Positions 1-9,375 are shown, numbered from the stretch's first letter. The stretch is 64,000 bases of DNA from Synechococcales cyanobacterium VAR_4_metabat_354 (GCA_031414775.1 JANOQI010000016.1:192001-256000), one strand, 5' to 3'. A program made the numbers and translations. The notes: generated from the sequence alone by a model not told the origin.

Positions 1-193
1 TTTGGTTTAGTTCGGCCTGGGCAGCATTTTCATCATCACTATCCAGACTGACTTCGATATATTTACCAATTCTAACGGCACCCACATTCTGGAAGCCCAA
101 ATGTTCGATGCCCGATCGCACTGCGGCACCAGCTGGATCTAAAACAGAGGGGCGGAGAGTTACGTAGATCCGAGCTTGATATGATTGAGTCAT
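1..193 (-). CDS. purS: Phosphoribosylformylglycinamidine synthase subunit PurS (3' end outside window)
   Basis: Hand translation from ATG at 193: MTQSYQARIYVTLRPSVLDPAGAAVRSGIEHLGFQNVGAVRIGKYIEV. The VLDP.G and VRIGKY motifs are PurS hallmarks. Not in the ORF track. Confidence 0.92.
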   Translation of the reverse strand, partial: MTQSYQARIYVTLRPSVLDPAGAAVRSGIEHLGFQNVGAVRIGKYIEVSLDSDDENAAQAELNQ

Positions 194-294
194 GCTAATC
201 GCTTTAATTACTTAAAAATTCAATCCGCCAAACTCAAATATAATATAGCAACGTGGCTGCACATTGGCCGAAAATTTTCATCTATATATCCAGT

Positions 295-717
295 ATGAAA
301 TTGGAACTAACTCGCAGCCAAGAACGTATCTTGCAACTTCTTCAAGAGCTGCATCGATCGACATCCGCCCAAGACATTTATGTAGAACTACGCAATCGTA
401 GTCAGGGTGTCGGTCTGGCTACAGTATATCGAGCCTTAGATGCACTGAAACTAGCGGGAGCCGTTCAGGTTCGGACCCTTGGCAGTGGGGAATCCCTGTA
501 TAGTACTATTCAAGAAGATAAGCATCATCTCACCTGTGTGTATTGTCAAAAGTCGATCCCGATCGCGGAGTGCCCCGTTGATCAGCTAGAAATCAAGCTA
601 CAAGAGATACACCAGTTTAAGGTGTATTACCATACACTAGAGTTTTTTGGGGTCTGTAGCATCTGTGCTGTAATTCATCCCCCCACCAAGACTGTTCACC
701 ATCGCCACGATCATTAG
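295..717 (+). CDS. zur: Fur-family regulator, cyanobacterial Zur/FurB type
   Basis: TRSQERIL, SAQDIYVELR, GLATVYR, HHLTCxxC and YHTLEFFGxCxxC motifs. ATG at 295 preferred over GTG at 253. Confidence 0.85.
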   Translation: MKLELTRSQERILQLLQELHRSTSAQDIYVELRNRSQGVGLATVYRALDALKLAGAVQVRTLGSGESLYSTIQEDKHHLTCVYCQKSIPIAECPVDQLEIKLQEIHQFKVYYHTLEFFGVCSICAVIHPPTKTVHHRHDH

Positions 718-724
718 CAGCACC

Positions 725-1903
725 ATGGATTTTATTTTTGGCTACATGAGATCGATCGGGATTAGTAATCCACAAGGAACCGGCTGGATGTCAGTGGTGC
801 TGACTTTTGCGGTGGCTTGGGCGGTCACCTTTAGATTTATTCCTAACCTCCGTTCTTTTGCCCTGAAAGTTGGTTGGGCAGATAGCCCCAATGCTAGGCG
901 GCTCAATAAAGAACCATTGCCCAATGCTGGTGGATTGGCGATCTATGCTGGTGTGATTGCCGCTTTGATTTTGGCGGCTTGTATCAGCCCCATGATCCTT
1001 CAGAAGATTCTGGTACAGATTTTGGCCATTCTGCTGGGAGCTTCAATCCTGGTATTGGTGGGTTTCATTGACGACCAGTTTGGCTTACCAGCGATGTTTC
1101 GGCTGATTGTCCAAATTTTGGCAGCTTTATTGTTAGTGGTCGTCGGCATCAAAGTTGGGGTGAACTTTGGTACTCCGATCGATGGCTCGCTATCCGTGCT
1201 GGTGACGGTATTTTGGGTGGTAGGCATCACCAATGCCGTCAACTTGATGGATGGGATGGACGGGTTGGCCGGGGGCATTAGTTTTATTGCCGGAATGAGT
1301 CTGCTAGCGGTATCAGCACAGTTTGAGGCTAGGGCAGCGGCCACCTTGATTCTATCGGCAGTATCGGGATCTTCCCTCGGTTTTCTCCGTCATAATTACC
1401 ACCCATCGCGAATTATTTTGGGTGATGCTGGGGCTTACTTTTTGGGCTATGTGTTGGCGGCTACCAGCATTTTGAGTAGTTCTAAGGTCTCTAGTATTTT
1501 TGCCTTGGTGCCCACCGCCATGTTTCTGCTGGTGCCGGTATTAGACACGACCCAAGTGATTGTGCGCCGCTTGCTGGCTGGTAAAAATCCGATGAGTACA
1601 CCGGGCAAAGACCATATTCATCATCGACTGTTGGCCTGGGGTTTTTCGCAGGGGCATTCGGCCGTAATTTTGTGGAGTGCCACGCTGGGTTCTAATCTAG
1701 TGGCCATGTGGTTACAAGGCACCCGGCTTAACGTAATCTTTACCACCGCCCTAGGGACGATGGGTCTGTTGGGGCTGACAGTGTGGCGAAGAATTCAGGC
1801 CACTAGCGCCGTTCAGAATAAAGCCGAACAGCTAGAACTATTGAACAAGACCGATATTGTGGAGCGAGAAAGACCTAAACCTGCCGCCGATTCGGAGTCC
1901 TAG
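725..1903 (+). CDS. MraY/WecA-family undecaprenyl-phosphate GlcNAc-1-phosphate transferase
   Basis: Polytopic membrane protein with GFIDD, NAVNLMDGMDGLAGG, ILGDAG and DHIHHRL motifs. Confidence 0.88.
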   Translation: MDFIFGYMRSIGISNPQGTGWMSVVLTFAVAWAVTFRFIPNLRSFALKVGWADSPNARRLNKEPLPNAGGLAIYAGVIAALILAACISPMILQKILVQILAILLGASILVLVGFIDDQFGLPAMFRLIVQILAALLLVVVGIKVGVNFGTPIDGSLSVLVTVFWVVGITNAVNLMDGMDGLAGGISFIAGMSLLAVSAQFEARAAATLILSAVSGSSLGFLRHNYHPSRIILGDAGAYFLGYVLAATSILSSSKVSSIFALVPTAMFLLVPVLDTTQVIVRRLLAGKNPMSTPGKDHIHHRLLAWGFSQGHSAVILWSATLGSNLVAMWLQGTRLNVIFTTALGTMGLLGLTVWRRIQATSAVQNKAEQLELLNKTDIVERERPKPAADSES

Positions 1904-3552
1904 GTGTTTAATCGGCAAGCGATGGGCATCCGCCAACCAGTACCAAATGCTCGATCGGTAATTTTTAATCCTGGTGGCGCTTGACGACGCTTGAATTCTG
2001 CCCGTCGCAACAACTGGGTGATTTTTACAACCACCGCTGGCTCAAAATCCCGTTCGATTAACTCGGCTGTTGATCGATGCTCACAAATAATTTTTTCTAG
2101 TAAGTCATCTAAAACCTCGTAGGGTGGCAAAGAATCTTGATCGATCTGCCCCGGCTTTAATTCAGCGCTGGGGGGCTTGTCAATAATATTGATGGGAATA
2201 ATTTCCTGGTGGCGGTTCAGCCAGCGACACAGCGAATAAACGCGGGTTTTAGGCAGGTCGGCAATGACAGCTAAGCCGCCGTTCATATCGCCATAGAGAG
2301 TGCAGTAGCCCACCGCTATCTCGGATTTGTTGCCCGTGGACAAAAGCAAATGACCAAATTTGTTAGCGATCGCCATCAACAAATTACCCCGAATCCGCGA
2401 CTGGATATTTTCTTCAGCAATGCCAAATTCGGTATCTGCGAACAGAGGAGCCAGAGTTCGATCGAACCCCGTCATCAACTCTTGGATCGGTAGCTGAGTT
2501 GTCTGAATACCCAAATTCTGGCCGAGATCGATCGCGTCAGTAATAGAGTGATCGGAGCTGTAGGGCGACGGCATTAAGACTCCCAGCACTTGCTCGCCCC
2601 CCAGTGCTGCTGCCGCAATCGCGGCCACCAGTGCCGAATCAATGCCGCCGCTCAAGCCCAACAGCACTTTGCTGAATCCACATTTGTGAGTATAGTCCCG
2701 CACGCCCAACACCAATGCCTGCCAAATTTCTTCATCTTGGTGATCGATCGATCCCGCAATTACGCCCGGTTGTAAATCACCTTGCTGAAACTCCACTACC
2801 GATAAATCAGTTACAAAAGACTGGCTTCTAATAACCAGTTGGCCCTGTCGATCGAACCCCATGCTACCACCATCAAAAATCAAATCATCATTGGCACCCA
2901 CTTGGTTTACATACAAAATGGGTTGGCCATAGCGCTGTGCGGCATGTTGCAGCATCGCTTCCCGCACCTGCTGTTTTCCCACTGTATAGGGCGAAGCCGA
3001 AAGATTCACAATCAAATCTACCCCTTGAGCAGTTAACTCTTCGATCGGATTAGCTAAATACTGGCGCTTGCCCCAAAAATCCTGATCATTCCAAAGGTCT
3101 TCGCAGATAGTTACACCAATTTTGTAGTCCTGGAGTTGAAAATAATTACTACTCGCTCCCGCCTGGAAATAACGATTTTCATCAAAAACATCGTAGGTAG
3201 GGAGTAGTCGTTTGTGAAAAAGCTGCTGAACCTGGCCATTGAGCAGCAAAGCCGTACTGTTAAACAGTGGCTTACCAACATCGGGCTGCGAATTCTGGCT
3301 AGCAAATCCTACCAGTACAGCTAAACCCGTTGGTAGTTGAGTAGCCAACTGCGCCAATCGCTCCGCCATCGCTTTGATCAGGCCAGGATTTAGTAGCAAA
3401 TCACGCGGTGGATAGCCACAAAGTGATAACTCCGGAGTCAGCATCAAGTCTGCTTGTTGAGATTGAGCCTGTTTAGCCATTGCTAAAATCTGAGCCGCAT
3501 TACCAGCTAAGTCACCAACGATCGGATTAATTTGAGCTAATGCAATTTTCAT
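1900..3552 (-). CDS. nadE: NAD+ synthetase with N-terminal nitrilase/glutaminase domain
   Basis: MKIALAQINP start, ICEDLW, LGLSGGIDS, ENIQSRIRG, TGNKSE and KPPSAEL motifs. Confidence 0.95.
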   Translation of the reverse strand: MKIALAQINPIVGDLAGNAAQILAMAKQAQSQQADLMLTPELSLCGYPPRDLLLNPGLIKAMAERLAQLATQLPTGLAVLVGFASQNSQPDVGKPLFNSTALLLNGQVQQLFHKRLLPTYDVFDENRYFQAGASSNYFQLQDYKIGVTICEDLWNDQDFWGKRQYLANPIEELTAQGVDLIVNLSASPYTVGKQQVREAMLQHAAQRYGQPILYVNQVGANDDLIFDGGSMGFDRQGQLVIRSQSFVTDLSVVEFQQGDLQPGVIAGSIDHQDEEIWQALVLGVRDYTHKCGFSKVLLGLSGGIDSALVAAIAAAALGGEQVLGVLMPSPYSSDHSITDAIDLGQNLGIQTTQLPIQELMTGFDRTLAPLFADTEFGIAEENIQSRIRGNLLMAIANKFGHLLLSTGNKSEIAVGYCTLYGDMNGGLAVIADLPKTRVYSLCRWLNRHQEIIPINIIDKPPSAELKPGQIDQDSLPPYEVLDDLLEKIICEHRSTAELIERDFEPAVVVKITQLLRRAEFKRRQAPPGLKITDRAFGTGWRMPIACRLNT

Positions 3553-3608
3553 GAAAATTACCAAAGAAAAATATTAATTTATAGAAAAAAACTATAAAAC
3601 TGAGTTAC

Positions 3609-4349
3609 TCAGACAAAAACCAAAGGTCGATCGCGCAACGGCTCAAACGCCACCGCATCAAACCGATACAAACTAGCCGGCCGACCACTCCCCCGCACCG
3701 CCTTCACCCCCGTCTCCACCAAAAAACCCAACTTCAGCAACCGATTCCGAAAATTAGAATAGTCCGAGAAATCTGCCCCCAAAATCGTCGTATACAGCTG
3801 GTAGATATCACTGAGCGTAAACGCCTCCGGCAGCACATCAAACGCGATCGGACTATACTCCAACTTATTGCGTAACCGCCGTTCCCCATAAGCCAAAATC
3901 TCCCGATGATCAAATGCCAAATCTGGCAGACTATTCACTGGATACCAAGCAATGCCCCCCACCCCCGTCGCAATCAACTCCGCTTCCTCAAACCGCACCA
4001 AGGCAAAATAGCTCACCGATAAATAGCGCACCCCAAAACTATCGATCGATTCCCGCGGATCCCGCCCCGGTCCCCCGAAACTATAGAGCTGCTCCAAATA
4101 TAAATTCTTGACCTTAATTTTCTCGGCCAGAATGCGATCAGCAGCGGACTCTAAAGATTCCCCACGGCGCACTAGAGTTCCGGGCAAACTCCACTGTCCC
4201 AAAAAAGGTTCCTCTCCGCGCATCACCAACAACACTAACAATCGATTTTGAATGGTATCCACCGAGAAAATGACATTATCGACCCCGACCTTAAAGTCGG
4301 CTAGAGCCTCGGCATCTCCAGATTTTTTTGAGCTTCGTTCCGCAACCAT
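3609..4349 (-). CDS. nrtR: NrtR transcriptional regulator (Nudix domain + winged HTH)
   Basis: Degenerate Nudix box WSLPG...GESLESAA, LEQLYSF, RDPR, LAFDH, NFRNRL and GRPASLYRF. Lies inside the NAD salvage operon. Confidence 0.9.
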   Translation of the reverse strand: MVAERSSKKSGDAEALADFKVGVDNVIFSVDTIQNRLLVLLVMRGEEPFLGQWSLPGTLVRRGESLESAADRILAEKIKVKNLYLEQLYSFGGPGRDPRESIDSFGVRYLSVSYFALVRFEEAELIATGVGGIAWYPVNSLPDLAFDHREILAYGERRLRNKLEYSPIAFDVLPEAFTLSDIYQLYTTILGADFSDYSNFRNRLLKLGFLVETGVKAVRGSGRPASLYRFDAVAFEPLRDRPLVFV

Positions 4350-4356
4350 AAGGCAA

Positions 4357-4935
4357 TCAATTTTTCTTAGTTTTCAAATGATAGAGATCCAGTCGATCGA
4401 TATAGGCAGCCACTGCTGGCGTTAAGCCATATAGATCGTGGTGCTGGCGAATGGCCGTTGAAGAAACTGGCGGGGTCTTCAGATCAGTAACCAACTGCAC
4501 CCGTCCCCCTAACTCAGCCAAACGGCGCAATGATTCTGGCTGAATCGACCAACCGGGACGGGGCACCACCAATAACTCCACTTGCCGAATTAGTTCAATG
4601 CCACCTTGCCAGCGCTCGATCTGACTCACCAAATCGCCCCCAATCACCAAGCTAAATTCAGCTGTTGGCCACAACTGCTGGGCAAAATTCAGAGTTTTGT
4701 AGGTGTAGCGGTGGCTGAGTTCTTGATAAACCCGCACTTGGGGATGGTTCAAGTCGGCTACCAATAATTCCAGCATCCTGGCGCGCTGTCCCAAAGTAGC
4801 CTCATGGACTTTGTCAGGATTGTCGGCTGCCCACACCGCCACCAGGGGGAAACTTTCGCTTAACCAATGCATGATTTTTTGGTGAGCCAGAGTTGGCGGA
4901 TCGGCACTAGTGCCAAATAGGGCTATTTTCATCAT
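4357..4935 (-). CDS. nadD: Nicotinate-nucleotide adenylyltransferase
   Basis: ALFGTSADPPTLAH (HIGH-like), VIGGD and VSSTAIR motifs, plus operon context. Confidence 0.88.
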   Translation of the reverse strand: MMKIALFGTSADPPTLAHQKIMHWLSESFPLVAVWAADNPDKVHEATLGQRARMLELLVADLNHPQVRVYQELSHRYTYKTLNFAQQLWPTAEFSLVIGGDLVSQIERWQGGIELIRQVELLVVPRPGWSIQPESLRRLAELGGRVQLVTDLKTPPVSSTAIRQHHDLYGLTPAVAAYIDRLDLYHLKTKKN

Positions 4936-6287
4936 TGCAGCTCCTGCATGACAGCGACCAAGTCTGGCCTGATTTTTGCTGCCACCTCCAGTGGTCGATC
5001 AATATCCCGCACCTCAGCTGGCAAACTGGCTACATTTTGTTGAGTTCGATCGCGAATTTGCATCAGACTTTCCGATGGGATAATTTGCTGGCCATTGGCC
5101 ATGACCAACTTCAATAATCCCGGTTGCTGATGATCGATTAAACCCAAGCTGTCACTTTGCCACTGACCCTGGCTCAACTGGCGATAAATTTGCTTTTTGC
5201 CGGGATAGGTTTGCTTGCCCGTGGCTTTTTTCATTGTCGGATGACCATCAATCTCCACTAATTTATAGACCCCATTGACTGGTTGACCAGTGACCAGCTT
5301 TGTTCCTAATCCATAACCGTCGATTTTAGCCCCAGCTGATCGCAGTTTAGCAATTTCCCATTCATCCAAATCGCCACTGGCGAAGATTTTAGTATCCGGT
5401 AAAAGTTGGTTGATCAGCTGCGATAGAGCCACCAAATCACCAGAATCTAGACGAATACCAGGGACTTTCATCTCACCAGCATCAACTTTGACGGCCAGTT
5501 GCTGGACAGCAGCGATCGGATCGAAAGTATCAATTAACAAGGGCGATTGGGGAAAATACTTCTGAAAAGTAGTAAATGCTTGTTGCTCGCTGCCACTAGT
5601 AGCAGCGATCGCCATCACCAATGAATGCGCCATCGTGCCACTGGGCTTGACTCCTAACTGAAGAGCGGCCAACACATTAGAAGTCGTATCCAAACCCGCT
5701 GCGATCGATGCCCGGGCAGCCCACAATGCTGCCTGGGGGCTAAAAGCTCGCCTAGTACCAAATTCTAAGAGCGTCGCCTCGGCTCCGGCTACATCCCGCA
5801 GCCGAGCAGCTCGCGTTGCAATTAGGGTTTGATAATTAATCGTATTAAGTAAAAAAGTCTCCACCAGCTGCGCCTGCCAGAGCGGTGCTTCCACCCGCAG
5901 GATCGGTTCATGGGCAAAGATGGCGGTGCCTTCGGATACCGCCCACACATCCCCGGTGAACTTTGCTGCCGCCAATAATTGCCAGAAGGTGGTGGGGGCG
6001 TGCTCAAAAACTTCTAGCTGTTGCAAGGCGGTAATTTGGGTGGCGGTAAACCGCAAATTTCGCAAATATTCCAGAGCCTGAGTTAGCCCCATCGCAATTA
6101 AATAACCAAAGGATTTTGGTAGTTTTCTCACGAATAGCTCAAAACTGGCTGGTCGTTGATCGAGCTGTTCACCCACATAGCAAGCGGTCATGGTGAGCTG
6201 ATAAAGATCGGTCAGCAAGCTATAGTCAGACATCTGTGGCAATGTAGTCAATGCTAAAGGAGCCACTGGTTGGTGGGTAATAGTCAT
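4932..6287 (-). CDS. pncB: Nicotinate phosphoribosyltransferase
   Basis: LLTDLYQLTM, EFGTRRA, GTMAHS, LIDTFD, IRLDSGD and GVYKLVE motifs. Confidence 0.93.
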   Translation of the reverse strand: MTITHQPVAPLALTTLPQMSDYSLLTDLYQLTMTACYVGEQLDQRPASFELFVRKLPKSFGYLIAMGLTQALEYLRNLRFTATQITALQQLEVFEHAPTTFWQLLAAAKFTGDVWAVSEGTAIFAHEPILRVEAPLWQAQLVETFLLNTINYQTLIATRAARLRDVAGAEATLLEFGTRRAFSPQAALWAARASIAAGLDTTSNVLAALQLGVKPSGTMAHSLVMAIAATSGSEQQAFTTFQKYFPQSPLLIDTFDPIAAVQQLAVKVDAGEMKVPGIRLDSGDLVALSQLINQLLPDTKIFASGDLDEWEIAKLRSAGAKIDGYGLGTKLVTGQPVNGVYKLVEIDGHPTMKKATGKQTYPGKKQIYRQLSQGQWQSDSLGLIDHQQPGLLKLVMANGQQIIPSESLMQIRDRTQQNVASLPAEVRDIDRPLEVAAKIRPDLVAVMQELQ

Positions 6288-6313
6288 AAACAGCTCTTAA
6301 AATCTTTTTTTTA

Positions 6314-6334
6314 TTATGGTGTTATTTACCACAA
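6314..6334. promoter_or_regulatory. Putative NrtR operator
   Basis: TTATGGT-GTTATTT-ACCACAA is an imperfect 21-bp palindrome with the GT-N7-AC core typical of NrtR sites. It lies 27 bp upstream of the pncB start. Confidence 0.7.
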
Positions 6335-6458
6335 ATAGTCAAGTATTTTTTGTAAAAATACTGCTTATTAATATATTAAAGTGTTACAAAGAAAATACAC
6401 TTCATTAGGAATTTCTCTACTAGAATGCAGTATCAGAAATTGCTAGCCCCAGAAAATA

Positions 6459-7586
6459 ATGGTTTTTGTCCTCAATTCCGACAATATTTTTGATTACTTG
6501 GATCGGGCACAGCTGGGAATACCCGATCGATCAGCTGCTACCGTAAAATTAATTGGTGCTAAAAACTTTAACCTGCTGGTACAATCGCCCGGAGCCGATC
6601 CTTTGCTGGTCAAGCAAGAAACAATTAGTGCCGATGGTCAGCAAGCGGGGGAACTGTTTACAGAATGGAAACTGCAACAGCTTATTCCCCAAATTCCAGA
6701 ACTGCGATCGATCGCCAGCTTCATGCCCGAAATTTTGCACTGCGATCCCGATAACTCGATTGTGATTAATCGTTTCTTTGACCAGTACCAAGACCTGGCC
6801 GATTATTACAACCACCAATCAACATTTCCGTCCGAGCTTGCTACCATTCTGGGTCAGCGATTGGGATTAGTTCATCGGTTGTCGTTTGCTCGATCAGACT
6901 ATCAGCAGCAGATCGAGACAGCTATTGGTGACCGAAAGTTAATGGCACATCGCATCGTGCAGCGCTTAGCACGTTTATCGCCTGGTCTGCTGGGTATGAT
7001 GCCGATCGAATGCCTCCAGTTTTTTAAGCTCTACCAGCAATATCCCAGTCTCGGGGCGGCGATGCAGCAGCTGGCAGAGAGTAGTGTGGCTTGTTGCCTG
7101 GTACACAATGACCTGAAGCTGAACAACGTGTTGGTGTGGCCAGAGTCCAGTGATGCCAAAATTCGGTTGATTGATTGGGAACGAGCGGCCTGGGGCGATC
7201 CCGCCGGAGATTTGGGAATGCTGATTGCTAGCTATTTAGAGTTGTGGCTAGAAAGTATGGTGGTGAGCAATGAACTGAGTATTTCCGAATCTTTGCAACT
7301 GGCTACTGTGCCGTTGGAGCTACTGCAACCGTCATTACTGGCGCTCATTGTGAGTTATCTGAATACTTTTCCCCAAATTATTGATACTCAACCGCAATAT
7401 CTGCAACGGGTACTGCAATGTACGGGAATGTCGTTAATTTATCGGATTGAAGCAATTATGGAATTCGATCGATACTTTGGCAACCAGGGGATCATGATGT
7501 TGCAAGTTGCCAAGCAACTATTGTGTAACCCTGCTGATTTTATGAATACTGTATTTGGTGAAAATGCTCAGGAGTTATTGCAATAA
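6459..7586 (+). CDS. Aminoglycoside-phosphotransferase-like kinase (RiPP Ser/Thr kinase candidate)
   Basis: KNFNLLV, LLVKQE (ATP Lys), HNDLKLNN (catalytic loop) and LIDWE...WGDPAGDLG motifs. Confidence 0.85.
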   Translation: MVFVLNSDNIFDYLDRAQLGIPDRSAATVKLIGAKNFNLLVQSPGADPLLVKQETISADGQQAGELFTEWKLQQLIPQIPELRSIASFMPEILHCDPDNSIVINRFFDQYQDLADYYNHQSTFPSELATILGQRLGLVHRLSFARSDYQQQIETAIGDRKLMAHRIVQRLARLSPGLLGMMPIECLQFFKLYQQYPSLGAAMQQLAESSVACCLVHNDLKLNNVLVWPESSDAKIRLIDWERAAWGDPAGDLGMLIASYLELWLESMVVSNELSISESLQLATVPLELLQPSLLALIVSYLNTFPQIIDTQPQYLQRVLQCTGMSLIYRIEAIMEFDRYFGNQGIMMLQVAKQLLCNPADFMNTVFGENAQELLQ

Positions 7587-8650
7587 TGCTAGATGCCGCC
7601 ACTACTTTCATGCAAATGGCTGAGACTGTTTTACAGGAAATAGCCGATGTAATTACAATCGATTCAAAATTAACTATTCATCACCCTAGTTATCCAGAAT
7701 GGTTAGTGCCAGAGTTAGTTAGTAATCGACTGCAAGATAGTCCCAGAGAAATTCAGGCGAAGTTCTTGTGTGCTCAGCTCCAAGCCTATCTTCACTGCAT
7801 TTATTTCAGTCGTTCTCTATTGCCTTTGGCAGCTTCAGCTAGTGCGGCAACTCCGCCCCTGGTTATCCACAACAGTACGATCAAGGGCATTGATACCGCG
7901 TTTTATGCTCAGATCGATCGAGCGAATTGTAGCCAAGGTTATTATGATCCAGACTGGATTATTGAGGGTGATGAAGATGATGGCATGGTGGCGGTAGTCA
8001 AAGAAGGTCTGCGTTTGCATGTGTGGCCACCCTACATCTATCCTGATTATCAAACCCTGGCCGAGGGCGATCGAGCCGCGATCATTATGCCCAAAAATCT
8101 CCTGACGATCGATCGATATATCGCGATCAGTAATTATGGTCGAGTGCGACAGCAACCCATCATTAATCTTTACTTTAGTTGTCCGCCAGATCCGGCGATC
8201 GCGGTTATTACTCAAATTACTACCGCCTTAAACTCTCTGGAACTGCCTTTTGAACTGCAAGTGCAGCTAGCACCTAGTAAATATCAGCAGACCGATTCTT
8301 TAATTCTTCAGTTAGCTGTCGCCGACTACCCCACCGCCCAACCAGCTCTGAGCAAAATCCATGGCCAATATCGATCGCAATTTTACGATCAAACTCCCAG
8401 CCTCACTCAACCCGTCGCCACTGGTGTCGGTCTGTCTACAGCAACCACTGACCAATATGGAGTCTCGCAATTATGGCAATTAGTTGCTCAGGCGCTAGCC
8501 GAATCTTGGCTGCTCCAAACTGTGGATACTAAGACGAAGATCGATCGGATCTGGCAAGCATTGGAGCAAGCCGATATTAGGTCCTCGGTGGAGATTGCTC
8601 ACGAACAGCAACAGCTCACGTCAAATTTAGATAGTTATCAGTCGTGGTAA
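7586..8650 (+). CDS. HopA1-family protein (phospho-Ser/Thr lyase-like), divergent
   Basis: Translationally coupled to the kinase (TAATG overlap). FY..I..AN...GYYDPDW...DG...VVKEGLRLHV and MPKN match the cyanobacterial kinase-associated HopA1 family as I recall it. The C-terminal motifs are degenerate. Confidence 0.75.
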   Translation: MLDAATTFMQMAETVLQEIADVITIDSKLTIHHPSYPEWLVPELVSNRLQDSPREIQAKFLCAQLQAYLHCIYFSRSLLPLAASASAATPPLVIHNSTIKGIDTAFYAQIDRANCSQGYYDPDWIIEGDEDDGMVAVVKEGLRLHVWPPYIYPDYQTLAEGDRAAIIMPKNLLTIDRYIAISNYGRVRQQPIINLYFSCPPDPAIAVITQITTALNSLELPFELQVQLAPSKYQQTDSLILQLAVADYPTAQPALSKIHGQYRSQFYDQTPSLTQPVATGVGLSTATTDQYGVSQLWQLVAQALAESWLLQTVDTKTKIDRIWQALEQADIRSSVEIAHEQQQLTSNLDSYQSW

Positions 8651-8795
8651 TGGCAGCTTTTTTCATGCAAATGGCTGATACTTTTTTCAGATAAATAGCT
8701 GATGAAAATACAATTTATTTCCTGTAGTGATTTTGGAAAACAACAATAGTCCACGTCAAATTTAGATAGCTATAGTCGTGATTAATGGCAACTTT
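8650..8795 (+). pseudogene. Internally deleted, degenerate tandem copy of the HopA1-like gene
   Basis: 8661-8720 resembles 7606-7664 (gene 5' end). 8739-8795 resembles 8604-8660 (gene 3' end and stop). Confidence 0.7.
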
Positions 8796-9036
8796 GTATA
8801 AAATATTGTTATGTTGGCTGCACAACGCCTAGACACTTCATGTAAATTAAAATAGTCTCAAATACTTGGTTAGTAAAGTTTACAGCTATTAGTTGCTAAC
8901 TGAATAAAATAAAATATTGACCACCCACTTTACAAATATAGTGATGTGACATTAAGCTATCAAATATAGTAACTAATAACTTTCTCATAAGGAATTAGTT
9001 CTCTTTACGAATTTATGCATCTACTGGAGTTTTAAT

Positions 9037-9300
9037 ATGTCTAGAATTCAACTGACCAATCTTCCATCTGCTGGCAGCACTTTATTTCAAGGCAGCGAAA
9101 GTTTTCTAACTGAACTACAATCCACTGAAGCTCATGCTATTTATGGCGGCAAAGGTCATGGTAAAGGCAGTGGCAGTGGCAAAGGCCATGGCGGCAGCAA
9201 AAAAGGTAGTAAAGGTAGTGGCCGTGGTTATGGTGGACATGGACACGGCGGGCCTTGCGCACCCGGTTGTCCTCCTTACACACCACCAGTTTGTCATTAA
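9037..9300 (+). CDS. Double-glycine leader RiPP/bacteriocin precursor peptide
   Basis: 38-aa leader ...LFQGSESFLTELQSTEAHAIYGG followed by a 49-aa core. GGAG RBS upstream, terminator downstream, C39 transporter in the same cluster. Confidence 0.88.
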   Translation: MSRIQLTNLPSAGSTLFQGSESFLTELQSTEAHAIYGGKGHGKGSGSGKGHGGSKKGSKGSGRGYGGHGHGGPCAPGCPPYTPPVCH

Positions 9301-9375
9301 TTAATGTGATAAAACTTGATTTCCACCTGTTTAGCATTCATTACTTCATACTGAAGTGATTTAAGACAATGCTGA

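Noticed and set aside
6340..6450. NtcA box upstream of the RiPP kinase
   Set aside because: No GTA-N8-TAC with correct spacing was found.
6459..9300. Calling the cluster a canonical class V lanthipeptide
   Set aside because: No cyclase or decarboxylase gene, the core does not end in Cys, and the lyase motifs are degenerate.
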